Below, piece by piece: positions 1 through 12,298 of a DNA stretch of 64,000 bases (its first letter is position 1; each line of letters opens with the position of its first letter). The position numbers and the translations under genes are program-made. The notes beneath the pieces are model-generated. The model made no database searches. It was not told the origin of the DNA and worked only from the letters and a program-made list of their open reading frames with translations. Source of the stretch: Camelus dromedarius. Lineage: Eukaryota. The DNA lies in assembly GCF_036321535.1 (NCBI RefSeq), contig NC_087438.1:11224001-11288000 (forward strand), in the 5' to 3' direction.

Positions 1-129
1 CATCTGTATAACAGTATGGATGTTGAATTACTTATGTATGTTGAACTCATTTGTTAAATGAAATACATGTACATATGAGGATATCCCGGAAAAAATTGGA
101 AACGTGTAATGAAAGTAACATTTCCTTAG

Positions 130-946
130 TGTCATGAAAATATATTATACATTTGCAGATATTTAAGAAGTGTGGTATGGTAGAGCCTGGTGTAATGGAA
201 CGGAGAGCTCAAGGGAGATTTAGTTCTATATGGCAATTTAGGGTCTGATAAAGATGGCATTAGAAATGGATAAGGACGCTAAGCCTTGTCAATACCTCCC
301 AACAGGAATATCAACTTCTCATTTTTTAAAAAAAGAACATGGAGGACCTCACGTGTTCCTGATGCCAAAATATGCTTTTGATGGATGAAAGATTTAAATG
401 TTCAAATTATATATAGATACATTGTTTTATGATCTTGAGGTAGAAGAACCTTTCCAATCATAGAAACAGAAGTTGTCATGAAGCTGAAGACTACCAGTGG
501 GTGCCTGGGGTACTGCCTGCTGTATAGGGTAGAGAAATATCTTTATATTGTTAAAAATATCTCTCTTTCCAGTTCAACACAAGTTTCTTTTTTATTGCTC
601 GACTTCTCAGTCCTTTTGATGTATTAGTCTTTGTTGTTAATCTTCACGTAGTATATTTTATTTCTCAAATGCCTTTTATCATACCTTGCAATCAGAAGTG
701 CTGATGTATGTGAATCAAGAGCCTTAAAATATGTTTTCATGCTTCGACCTAGGAATTTCACACTAGGAAATCTCCTTACAAATCTAAGTTTTATTTGTAG
801 ATATATGCTTCTTAACTTTTATAATATAAAAATGTTGGTGAAATATTTTATTGAGACATCTGTACGTCAACTTCCTGTTTAGCTCTTGAAAACATGTTAG
901 CAAACAACATTTAATGTTGTGGGAAAATATTTATGAAAAATGAAGA
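130..946 (+). mobile_element. Highly decayed ancient L1 (L1ME-like) ORF2/3' fragments
   Basis: Patches resemble L1 3' ORF2 consensus (atggatgaaagatttaaatgt; cgacctaggaatttcacactaggaaat). Boundaries approximate. Confidence 0.45.
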
Positions 947-965
947 TTATGAAGCAGCATTTCTT

Positions 966-1257
966 TTTTTAAAAAAAGTTCTTATTTTTAATTGAAGTGT
1001 AGTCAATTTACAGCGTTAGTTTCAGGTGTACAGCAAAGAGATTCAGTTATACATACATACATATATATTTTTTCAGTTTGTTTTCCATTATGGCTCATTG
1101 CAAGAAATTGAATATAGTTCCCTGTGCTATACTGTGGGTCTTTGTTGTTTTTCTGTTTTATGTATTGTAATGTGAATCTTTTAATCCCAAACTCCTAATC
1201 TATCCCTCCCTCCCTCTTTTCTGAAACTACAGTTTGTTTTCTGTGTCTGTGAATCTC
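966..1257 (-). mobile_element. 5'-truncated young L1 3' end with TSD
   Basis: T-rich tail, then ttgaagtgtagtcaatttacagcgttagtttcaggtgtacagc...ccctgtgctata. Flanked by ttatgaagcagcatttctt (947-965) and ttatgaaggagcacttctt (1258-1276). Confidence 0.9.
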
Positions 1258-2191
1258 TTATGAAGGAGCACTTCTTATGTGACCCCAGTTGTGCATAGGA
1301 TTATATTTAAGGGGAAAAAGACTGAGGGGATATATTTCAAGCTGATATCAACGGTTATCACTGGGTCTTGGAATTGCAGATTGCGTGCTGTGTCATTTTA
1401 TGTGAGGGACTTGAGAATCCATAATTTTTGTTATATGTGGAGGCTCCTGGAACCCATCTCCTGCAAATACCAAGGCATGACTGTAGTTTTCTTTTTCGTA
1501 TTTTCCAGTATTGTCCAACTTTCCATGTTAAAGAGGCAATTTATAAAAAATTCACTGCTTCTTTTTTTAAGGGTGAAAATGACTCTTTGACCAGTTTATT
1601 TTGGAATTTTGTTGAATGTGACATGACTAAATATTCAGTTCTTTCATTTTTTTTTTCACTGTTGGTTAAGATTTTTGGTAAAGCGTGGTTGTTAAGGGTC
1701 AACCTTGCTATTTTTCATCCTTGATACTCAAATATGCGTTCAGCACCCGTCTATGCAGCCATCATTTACTTTCACTTTTTAAATAGTCAGTTTTAAAACT
1801 TTTTTATTCTTAAAATTTTTTTTCCATTAGTTGAACACAATTCTAACACAATTTGTCTTCTTTATGTGTATTTACAATCTAAGGTTCCAATACATTACAT
1901 ATATTCTACTTTATTCTGTATTCATTTACATTGAATATTTACTGAATGCCAAGTATTATGCATGCAGAATTCCTTGATGAGCCAAATAGACCTGACCTTC
2001 TGGAACTTTTCATCTTGTAGGGACAGAGATATTATATAATCTCAGAAATAAATTACATGCTGAGAATGTATTCTTCAGTACATGCCTGGAAGTAAAACTG
2101 TGAGTCCAGGTCTGAATGATGAACAGGATAAAGCAAGGTAAACATTTGTGTGAACACAGTTATATGGGGGGTTGTGATGGCAGGGGAACGT

Positions 2192-3175
2192 TGTGTTCTG
2201 GTTGTCAGTTATTATGTAGCAGATTACCCTCAAACTAAATGCATTAGTTTCCTGTTGCTACGGTAACAACTCACTACTAATTTAGTAGCTTAAGACAATA
2301 CAAACTTATAGTCCTGGGGGGTCTCAAAGCCCCATGTTGAGTTTCAGAGGACTGAAGTCAAGATGTTAGCAGGACCATGTTTCTTCCCAAGGCTCTAGGG
2401 GAGAATCCATTCCTTGCTTTTCCCTGCTTGGTTCATGGTCTCTTCCTTCATCTTCAAAACCAGCAGCATCTTCTGATCTCTCTCTGTGTCTCTCTCTGAC
2501 TCTGATCCTTCTGCTTCCCTCCTATAAGGACCTTTGTGATGACTTTTTGCCCATCTGGATAATCCAGGATTATATCCCCACCTCTCAATCTTCATCACAT
2601 CAGCAAAGTCCCTTTTACCATAGAAAGTAACTTGATGTTCAAGGTTCTGGGAATTAGGATGTGGACATCTTTGGGAAAGCCATTATTCTGCTTTTATATT
2701 TAGTTACTTAAAACAACAACCATTGTGTTATATTCCATGTTTTATTTTCAATCAGACATTTGGATAGGGCTTGTCTATAATTCTTTGGTTCCCTGTGACA
2801 TGAACTGAAGTCACTGGTGGTATTCCGCTGGTGAATAAGCTGGTCTGGGAGGTTAACGGTATGTGCCTGAACCTTGCCTGGAGTGCCTAGACTGTCAGTT
2901 GGAGAGCCTACAGGTGACCTCTCTAGCAGGATGGTTTCAGGGTAACCAGACTTCTTATATGGTTGTTCAAGGTTCCAGAAAGAGTCTTTCAAGAGACAGA
3001 AAGTGGAAGCTTCCAGTTTCTGAAATTCTGGGTTCAGATATTGGCACAGCATTGCTTCTACCATATTCTGTAAGTCACAGTGATCCCAGAGCCACCTGGA
3101 TTTAAAGGTAGGGGCACTGAGTCTACCACTCCATGGGATGAATGTTGATGTGTTTGCAGCCAATTTTAATCTGTA
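2192..3175 (-). mobile_element. Older MaLR LTR (MLT1F/G/H-like), split by an inner LTR
   Basis: tgtgttctggttgtcagttattatgtagcagattaccctcaaac is interrupted and resumes at ttagttacttaaaacaacaacc, ending at gccaattttaatct. Confidence 0.7.
2240..2698 (-). mobile_element. MaLR LTR (MLT1B-like) nested in the older MLT1
   Basis: Starts tgcattagtttcctgttgct, has internal ggctctaggggagaatcc, and ends ggacatctttgggaaagccattattctgc. Confidence 0.85.
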
Positions 3176-3905
3176 GGGTGGACAGGTGCTGCTGCATGAT
3201 TCTACGATGAGGGACTAACCTGTGGGAAGGTCTTGGACCTAGAGGAAGCTTAGAGCTTTTCTGAGCAATGACCTATGTGTATTTGCAAGATGATGGCAGA
3301 AGGGAGAAATGATGACAACAGACAAGCACGCATGGCCAGTTCTTGTAGGACCTTCTAGGCCATGTGCAGAATAAGGATTTATTCTAAGAGCAAGGAGGAG
3401 CCCCTGAGGACTGTGAACAGAGACAGACCTGCTCTGGCAGCTGTATGATCCTGGGAGTGGGCAGTAAGGGAAGCCTATTAGATGTCAGTTGTGGGGCAGG
3501 TAAGACATAGCAGTGCTTGGGACTAGTATGGTTCTGACTCATTTTCAGTCACACTTTTTCCTTATGATAGAGAAGTGATAAAGTGTAGTCAGTGATAGTC
3601 TGAACTACTTGCCTGTATCAAGGTAAATACAGAAATTAAGAGTTATTAGGATCTTTTCCAGCAACTTAACGTGCTGTGACATCCAGAGGGTTGAGCCTGG
3701 GCTTGTATTTTCTGTCTTTTTTTTTTTTTTTGTAACTTTTAATGTTTTTCTTTGTTTTTGTTCCATTTTACAAAGTATTACTAAGAATTGGAAATTGGAA
3801 AAAATACTGATCCTTTCCAACTCCTATATTGAAAAACACCTTTTCTAGAACACGATCTCTTACTTTATTTAGCACATTTATTTTTCCTTTGTGTCACCCT
3901 TGGAC

Positions 3906-3928
3906 TTTTTTTTTTTTTTTTTTTTTTT
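3906..3928. repeat. Poly(T) tract
   Basis: Uninterrupted run of about 23 T. Confidence 0.9.
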
Positions 3929-5237
3929 ATGAAAAAAGAACACCTGGAACTGCAGGGCTGGATTTCGTAGACTGAGCCGGAGGTTGAAGTCATTCTCATT
4001 TGCTCATTTAATACGTGACAGCTGAGGACCTGGATATAGCAGTATTTTAACAGTCTGTTAAAATCCCTGATGTGGCTGCTCGTTCATAAAATCTTGTCAC
4101 TATTTATTTGTCATCTCTTTAGTATTTGCATTTTAGGATTAAGTGTGCGCTGGTTGCATTAATCATGCAAGACTTCTTGCTCGTGGTGACAGGGGCCAAT
4201 TTATGGTTGGCAAATATTAGAAAGAAACAGATTGAAACAGGGAATCATTTAAAAATTAATATGTAGGCTATAAATGTTTTCTTTTAACTCAAAACATATT
4301 CATTCATTTTCCAGTCTTTTGAAGTTAGGTTAAAACCTTCTCTTTGACTATGTGGCTTCTGATTAGTGTTCTGCAGTGTTTTTTCTTGCATGGATCAGAT
4401 AGCATCACATCCTTTATGATTGCCAGTTTTGATGTCTTTAAACTTGGTAGGATGAAATATACTTTTATTTTTTCAAAAGTAACAGATGCAACAGAAAAAT
4501 TGGGGAAAATACAATTTAAAAATGATATGTTGTATAATTAATCAGAAATCCACATATTTGAAATTAGAAATGGTGCATTTTCCTTATGATAAAAGGAGAA
4601 AAAAGCAGAAATAGCTTGTTTTTGTTAAGTATTGAATGCATAAATGACACAGCCTTGTATCTTGGCAGACAGAAAAGATAGGTTGTCATGGGTCACTCAG
4701 CTCCTCAAATGCTTTATTCTTACTCTGCTAATAAAAAGCATCTGATAAATTTAGACACTCTGCTGATAGTTTTATCCCTTAGAAGTTAGAAAAAGTAATG
4801 ATGGGGAAGATTATAAAATAAAAAAAAACATAAAAAATGAAATTCTGATCATATAATTGAGACCATTTCCAACAGAAACTGGGGTCAGTGTGAATGGATC
4901 TCTTATGAGCTCAGATCTTAAAGCCCATATAAAAGGGATAAAGATGGGTACAGAATCAAGAGAAAAGTAGTATCAAAGCTTAGGAATGGTGTCAGTGGGA
5001 GGGGCATCACAAATGAGCTGAAACAGACAGGAATGAAAAAGAAAACTACCCAAAGGCATGTTGTTTGAAGTTATGAAGGTGAAGTGGGAAACATGTCAAA
5101 GAAGGCATAAAGCCATCACAGAAGACAGCATCATTTAACAGGTGACAGGGAAAGCACAGCCATACAGATGCTGGTCTTTAATTCTTTCAACAGCAAGGAG
5201 AGTGTCTTCATAAATGCTAAAAGGCATAAGTGATAAG

Positions 5238-5344
5238 CAACAGCTAATATTTCTGCAGTGCTTTCTCTGTGTCAGTCACAGTTCTAAATGCTTTACATAT
5301 ATTAACTCATTTAACCCTTGAATTGATGAGGCAGGTGCTATTAT
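5238..5344 (-). mobile_element. MIR SINE fragment interrupted by an ERV1 LTR
   Basis: gttctaaatgctttacatatattaactcatttaacc...gaggcaggtgctattat. Confidence 0.75.
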
Positions 5345-5978
5345 TGTTACCAAAGCAAACTTGGATCTGCTTGCCCAGTGCACAGTAAAGCCAATCTGCT
5401 GATACCAGGTTGTGGTGAAGGAAAGTACAGCATTTATCCCAGGGTGCCAAGCAAGAATAGGCAGCTCATGCTCAAAAGACCTGAACTCTCCAATGGCTTT
5501 TAGGGAAGGGTTTTTAAAAGTAAGGTAAGGGAGAGGGTGTCACGTTGCCTGATCAGTTCATGGACATTCTTTTGACTGGTTGGTGGTGAGGTAACTGGGT
5601 GTTATTTCTGGGGTCAACATCATCAACTTTCTGGTTCCAGCCAGTTTGGAGATCTGTGTGCATGTGGTCAGCAGTTAACTTCTTCCACCTGATGGGGGTT
5701 TAATATCTGCAAAACAACTCAAGGATATGGCTCAGGATATTGTCTACAGACCTTGAGGAGGAACTAAAGGTCCTTGACTTTGTTTTATGGCTAAACTATG
5801 ATTATTCTGTCTTGCTTGACTGTTTTCCTTTGTTTCTGCATTTTCTTACTTCTCTGATTAAATTTGCTCTTTGGAACTCAGGGAAAGCCTAGGAGCTTTT
5901 CTATGAAAAAGAGGCTGGGACATGACATGGGGGAGGGTGTCTGTACCTGGGGAGGTCCCACAGGTCCTGCTTTGTTCA
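5345..5978 (-). mobile_element. ERV1-class solo LTR (634 bp) with 4-bp TSD
   Basis: TG...CA termini (tgttacc...ttgttca) flanked by TTAT at 5341-5344 and 5979-5982. A 4-bp TSD is typical of ERV1. Strand inferred from resemblance to the 56.1 kb LTR. Confidence 0.85.
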
Positions 5979-6274
5979 TTATTATAACCACTGTAGAAGT
6001 GAGAGGGTTCAGGGTATTGCCTCTACTCAGTGCCTTGAACTAAGGCATCTTTCTCTGGACTTCATTCTTTGTAGTAGGGCTCTGTGAGTTAAACTTGCGG
6101 CCCACAAATGTGATGACATCTTTTAAAAAGAATCTTTAAAATGAGCTCAAATCAGCAAGTCTGAACAAGTCACAGCACAAGGGACTGAAAGAACTGGAGA
6201 TAGAACGAATGATCTGATTTTGGAAATTGAGGAAAGCGTCAAGTCCTGAAACCACAGCCTGTTGAGTTGGCTTT

Positions 6275-6620
6275 ATTTATTCAGCAAACCAAGTTCACTA
6301 CCTACAATGGGACAGATCCTGCGCAGCATGTTAAGAATGAGAAGACACAGTAAATGAAATGCTTGCCTTCCAGATGCACCATCTAGGATGAAAGCAAACA
6401 AATTAAGGAGACCTCTAGTTCTTTTTAATGTGTTACTTAGAAACCTTAGTGGACCCAGAGGAAGGAGCTGCCATGCCTGCTAATCTTCAAAGGCTTCACA
6501 GAGGACCTGATGTTTGATCCAAGCTTTGCATGATGAGGAAGAGGCCCCCAGAGGGAATTGGAAGGCAGAGTCGTGCCCACTTGTGAAGAAAGCTAAGTGT
6601 GAAAGTGCCCGGGAGCTTGT
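6275..6620 (-). mobile_element. L2 fragment
   Basis: tttatttattcagcaaac...ggcttcacagaggacctgatgtttga. Confidence 0.55.
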
Positions 6621-6636
6621 GAACACTGTTCATCTA

Positions 6637-6796
6637 GCCCTGGACCACTCAACGTGGGACCCAGGACCAGCTGCGTGGCATCCCTGAGAGCCTGTCAGAG
6701 GTGCAGAATCTCAGGCTTCTCCACATCTGCCAGATCTGCAGTTTAACAGGTTCTCTGGGGGACTGGTATGCACGTTAAAATTTGCGGAAGTGCTGC
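6637..6796. mobile_element. MER5A-like hAT-Charlie MITE
   Basis: ggacccaggaccagc...tgcagaatctcaggc...atctgcagtttaacagg...tatgcacgttaaaatttg. Confidence 0.8.
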
Positions 6797-7399
6797 TGTA
6801 TTCTGAGTGTGGAATTCCAGCACTGAGTGCGCGCAGTAGATGTAGGTGGTGGAGGATGGGGGCGGGACAGTGTGTCTCACCAGGCAGGCTGACTTCAGAC
6901 TGTACCTCAAGGGCGATGATGACCTGTGGCAAAACCTGAGCACAGCTCAGCAAGCAGTTTGCACACTTGATCCTTGCCAGTCATCGGTCTACAGATCGAC
7001 CTGTTTATAGTTTCCAGAAACAGTGTTTCAACTGGGTTTGTAGAAAGTAATATTCCAAAATTTGTGGCACTAGAAAATAGATTTAGGATAAAAACCATCC
7101 TCCGGCACTCTCCCTCTTATGCTCTGAACCTTAAAATACAGTCAGGGCTATAGAAAGCAAAGTTTGAGTCCCTACCCAGGCCGGTTTCCTTGGCAGAATT
7201 AGAAAATGATCCTTCAGTGGGGGATGCTATTTTGTGTTTTGATCATTAAGGACCTCTCATGTTTTGAGAAGCAAATGGATGAATAATTATTGAGGAAGGC
7301 TTGTATTTTTGTTGTTGTTGTTTATCTCTGGCCCTGGGATTTAGTCTTAAATTTCCAAATTGCAAAATCCATCAGGCTCTTCACATCCAGAAATGTCTC

Positions 7400-7615
7400 T
7401 AGGATTGAGCTGATGGTTCGAACTCAGGCAGGCCTGGCTTGCGAATCGGGCTCCATGATTTATTGGACCTACAGAGCTCAGCCTCTCAGTCCAAAAAAGG
7501 AAGGTAAAAATGTTTCTCTCTCAAGTTATTGCACGCATCGGAGTACAGTCTATGTAAAGACTGCTAAATCGCTGCCTGGCATAGGAAAATGCTTAATGAA
7601 CAGTGGTCATTATTC
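7400..7615. mobile_element. MIR fragments
   Basis: ttcgaactcaggcaggcctggct; tatgtaaagactgctaaatcgctgcctggcatagg. Confidence 0.55.
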
Positions 7616-7951
7616 TTAACAATTTACAGAGTTGTGTCTGTTGAAGTAGACCAGGGCAGTGAATAGGAGCAGTTAAGAGCCAGGAGTGGAGGGGAGACAG
7701 TGTGCTGCTATGGTGGTGGATTTTGCTGTTTTTGCTGCCTCTGTCTGGCCCGGTCCTGCTGCTGGCCTCTGCTCTGCTGAGGGTCATAGAAACACCTTGC
7801 CCCTGACAGGGGCCGGAGGCCCTTATCCTAGGATATTTACAAAAAGGCTGGTTTCCTTGGATGGCCTTTTATAGCATCATAAGGAACTTTGGTGCCTGCC
7901 TTAGTGTTTGCCTGAAGTTTGGGATTTGGCATCAGACTGGTGTTCTATTAG

Positions 7952-8386
7952 TGTAGATAGTTTCCCATGGCTGCCAAAACAAAGTACCAAGAACTCAATG
8001 GCTTAACACAATGCAAGCGTATCGTCTCACAGTTCAGGAGGCCAGACATCAGAAATCAAGGTATTGGCGGGGCCCAGTCCCTCTGAAACCTGTCAGGGGG
8101 AATCCTTCCTTGCAGTCTTGGGGCTTCCTTGGCCAGCCAGCAGCTGCAGCATCTCAGTCCCTGCCTCTGTCATCACGATGCGTGCTCCTTGCATGTCTGT
8201 GTCTCTGAGTCTCCTCTCCTGTTCTGTACGGATCAGGGGCCCCCTCCACTGCAGTATGACTTCATCCTAACTAATTACGTCTTCAGTGACCCCACCTCCA
8301 TATAAATACCCTCCGCATTCTGAGGGTGATGGGGCCTAGGACTTCAACAGCAGCTCTTTCGGATGGACACCGTTTAACCCCTGACA
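7952..8386 (-). mobile_element. MaLR LTR (MLT1C-like)
   Basis: tagtttcccatggctgccaaaacaaagtacc...gcagtatgacttcatcctaac...ttaacccctgaca. Confidence 0.8.
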
Positions 8387-8989
8387 GTCTTAGGAGCCCA
8401 GTCTGCTCTCCTCCCTGTCCTCAGTCTTACCACCAGGACGAGTGGGGCCTGCACCATTGGTGGAGCAGCGCATCTCACAGGTGGAGCTGCAGCGTCTCAC
8501 AGCAGCTGGCACCTGCCGAGGCCTGTGGCCTGAGCCTGGTAGCAGTACACGCCCAGAGTTCCAGCCACTTAAGGCAAGCCCCCCACAGAGGCTTCACACT
8601 CCCTGGGGATTATTTTACTTCCAGAAATCCATAATCAGTTTCTCTGGATTCCCAGAAAATGAACCATTTATTAATGTTTTAGGGACTCCTTGAATTGAGC
8701 TAATCCCCCCAAAACCTTCCTTTGGGGCTGTGAGCTGAGGGTGGTGCACCCCCCACTCTGCAGGAAGATGCATTCAGGGGAGAAGCCCAGACAGGGCAGA
8801 GCCCTGCACACCCGGCTCCTTCTTCCAGACTCTACAGTCAGTTCATTCCCCTCTCCTCCTCCCCTGGGTATGAGCGTGGGAGGCAGTGCAGAGGGGCAGG
8901 GGGTTTGGCTGCATGGATATTCTTCGAGAGGGAAACAGGAGGAGTGAGGAGTAAGTGTCTCTCCTAAAAGCCATCACTGCCATTTTAGT

Positions 8990-9510
8990 TGTGATGGTTC
9001 ATTGTACACATCAACACATTGTACACATCAACTCTGTGGTTGGGCCACAGAGTGGCCGACATTTGGTTAAACATTATCCTGGGCATGTGTGTGAGGGTAT
9101 TTCTGGATGAGATGGACGTTTGGGTTGGTGGACTCAGTAGAGCAGACTGCCCCCCCCCCCCAACTTGGGCAGGCCTGACCCAATCCATGGACTGCCTGAA
9201 TAGAATCAAAGGCCAAGCATAAAGGATTCTTTCTCTGCCTGAATGTCTTTGAGATGGGATGTCAGTCTTCTCCTGCATTTGGACAAGGACTTGAACTAGG
9301 ATTTTGAGCTTACGCCACCATATCCCCTGGTTCTCAGGCCTTCAGTCTCAGACTAGAACTATACCACCAGTCCTCCTGGGCCTCCAGCTTACTGACTTCA
9401 GATTTTGGGATCTCTCAGCCTCTAGAATTGAGCCAGTTCCTCATAGTAAATCTGTTGATATGTATAATCTCCTATTGGTTGTATTTCTCTGGAGAACTCT
9501 GACTAATGCA
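8990..9510 (+). mobile_element. ERVL solo LTR (MLT2-like) with 5-bp TSD
   Basis: tgtgatggtt...tttctctggagaactctgactaatgca, flanked by TTAGT at 8985-8989 and 9511-9515. Confidence 0.9.
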
Positions 9511-11839
9511 TTAGTAAATATGACCTCCAGCGTATCTGGGGATCCAATGAAGCTTTGAAAAAGCATTGGTTTCTCACACATGATGTCAACAAGCTTAGCA
9601 GTTAAAATAATTGGTAGTTTATAGCTTAGAAGGGATTTTAGAGCCCTTCTACCCCAACCCTAGCCTGGTGACCTTGTCCCACTTCTCCAGGTTACTTTCA
9701 TGCTGAATGGAAAAATGAACATGAAGATGAGTTTTTATGTTTCTCCAGTGCTTTCTGTTTGTTGCAAAAATAAAAAAGGAAAATACTCAAATCCACGTCA
9801 AAAGTGGCGGGGGTGTGTGATCCTCCAAGGGTACCATGTGCAGCCAGTTTCGGTGCTGTCAGGCCCCTGAGGGTCAGGGCTTGTGCACCTATTCAACTCA
9901 AAGCTAAAGAGAGACAGTCCTGCCCAGCCCTTAATTTCTGATTCAGAAGAGCTCGGGGTGGTTGACATGACCACAACTGGGGGCTGTTTAGAAGGTAAAA
10001 ATTTATGGTCTGTGACACCTACTCTTCTTTATGTAAAATCAAACCCTCAAATGGTGGGTGACTAGCTAAGCCTTCCAGATGGTTCTCCATGAAAGAAAAT
10101 GTGGTTTACTCTAGAGCAAACCAAGTGAGCCTTTGTGAACCTAGAACAAGACAGACTTCGACAGGATTCCATGTAGGATGTGGGGGGTGTGTGGATGTCC
10201 TTGGAGAGATGTCAGAGCCTCCTTCTGGTCCTCATCTAACACACCCCAGTCTCCTAGTGTTTTTCTATCCCATAATGGCGACTTGCCCGCCTGTTCAATT
10301 GATTTTATGATTTTACTTTAAAAGAAAAGAACAGTTGCATCTTTCTTTCATACATGAAGTGCAAAACTCTGAGTACTTTCTATCTTTTCTTCTTTTGATC
10401 AGAGTACCATTTTACTCATTTCAATTCTAATTTGTTTAACAGATTTCATTTGCTTTTCCCCACTTAATGCATGAACCCTTTTATGTGTTGAACAGTTATT
10501 TGTTTAAGAGGGTTTCTGATGAATGATGCAGCGAGCAGCCACATTTTTCACATAATAATTTTTTATGAACCATGCAAAGACAGCTCGAGTTTAATAAATC
10601 GAAATGAACTCTCTCCAGCAGCAAGGGTCCCAGTCTTTAGGCTTCCTCATGGAATGGCTTCTTTCTCTCTGTGTTTGAATTATTGATCGGGTCAACCTCA
10701 TCTTGGGTCCCCTCTTGCTGCAATATTTTAGGAGAAAGGAACCAGCTAAATCTAGCTAGAGATTTGCACGAATTCTGATTTTTTAAAAGCCAAGAAATTT
10801 AACCAGGAATCACCTTGTCATCTGTATAATAATTGTATTTGTCGGTCAGAATCTCACCCTGGCTTCCTCACAGGAGAGGCCACTGTATAGGAAGGTCTTG
10901 CGTGGAGCAGCTGATCTTGGGTGGAATAACACAGGAAGACCTTATTGTCCTCCTCTTTATATTCTTTACCTCTTATATTGCATCCAGGTTGGAAAGGTGG
11001 GTGCATGCTGGGTTTAACTTCTTTGAAATATTAAGTATGGAACTTTGAACTATGCTTTCTTTTCCTGGATCAAGCAAGAATTGAAGGCTGAGCTTAAAGA
11101 GTTTGAAGGAAACATTTGCTTCTCCACAGTATAAGATTGATAAAGATGAAGACTGGTGTGGTCAAGGAAGAGGAAGTAGTCCCCACACGCCCAGTTGACA
11201 TGATGTGCTTCAAGTGTCTCTTGGTTGGAAACAGTGATCATCTCTGTGAGGATGGTCTGTCTTGGCTGTAGAGGTGGCTACTTGGGTTTGATCTGAGGCC
11301 ATGTCAAGACCTAGTAAATACAAGGAATTTTGTCCAAATTAGTGCTTAGATGTGTGTCTGATCCAATGCTTTCCTCCTTTATAAAACCAAAATAAATTAT
11401 TTTGAATTAGACATTATTTTGACAATTTATACTTTCAGTCATCAAAAAAGATGGTGAGCTTGTCTGGTCACAGTGACCTGCCTGGAGTTTTCCTTTTCAA
11501 ATCCATCCTCATTGAGATTTTGCTATTGATGATGACGATTTGGAGCAAGGAGCTAAAGAATAGTTGTATTATTGTCCTCACGTGGGAAATAATATGGCAG
11601 CGATGTTAAAATGGTAAAAAACTCCTTTCCTGCCACATCACAGTGAGAGAGATAGAGAGAGTGCAAGCACTTAATCATCACTTTTGGCTACTTGAGTAAT
11701 GCTTCCTTTTTTAAGGAAACATACTCTTAATCTCAAGATGACTTCAGTTTGACATTTGCTTGGGAGACTGAATGTTAGCACATCAGAGATGTGTAAGTAT
11801 CTTGATGCCTTAATGAAATATGGTAGGGGGTTTTTTTAC

Positions 11840-12298
11840 ATTTAAAAAAATGCTTTATTAAAGAATAATTGATACAATACACCAAACATATTTCAAGTGT
11901 GTAATTTGATAAGTTTACCTATGTATTCAGCCATGAAGCCATGAGACAGTCAATATAGTGGACACATTCTATCACCCTCAAAAGTTCATTATTTTATAAT
12001 CCCTCCTTCCTGCCCCTGCCCAACTCACCATCCCCAAGTGACAGTTTATTTGCTTAGATGGAATCCCGTAGTATTTACTCTTCTTTTGTCAGCGTCTTTC
12101 ATTCAGTGTGATCATGTTGAGATTCATCCATGTCACCATGTGTCAATAATTTATTCCTTTTATTCCTGAGTAGTATTTCATTGTCCCACAAATTGTTCAT
12201 CCATTTATCTGTTGTTGGACATTTGTATACTAATATTCGTAACAGCTTTAACAGTCCAAAAGTGAAAACCATCCAAATGTCCATCAACAGTGAATTAA
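11840..12298 (-). mobile_element. L1M (MB/MC-like) 3' end with a short inverted segment
   Basis: Antisense 3' end runs to about 12225 (ctgttgttggacatttg), then a sense piece caaatgtccatcaacagtgaat follows. Confidence 0.75.

Larger units (their letters stand above)
1915..3540 (-). mobile_element. L2 fragments interrupted by MaLR LTRs
   Basis: ttcatttacattgaatatttactgaatgcc resembles an L2 3' end. L2-like sequence resumes after about 3180. Confidence 0.55.

Noticed and set aside
2708..3163. 151-aa minus-strand ORF
   Set aside because: It lies entirely within a decayed MLT1 LTR and has no recognisable domain.
6875..7010. Protein-like frame QADFRLYLKGDDDLWQNL...
   Set aside because: Short, with no pyrimidine tract or donor, and no homology recognised.
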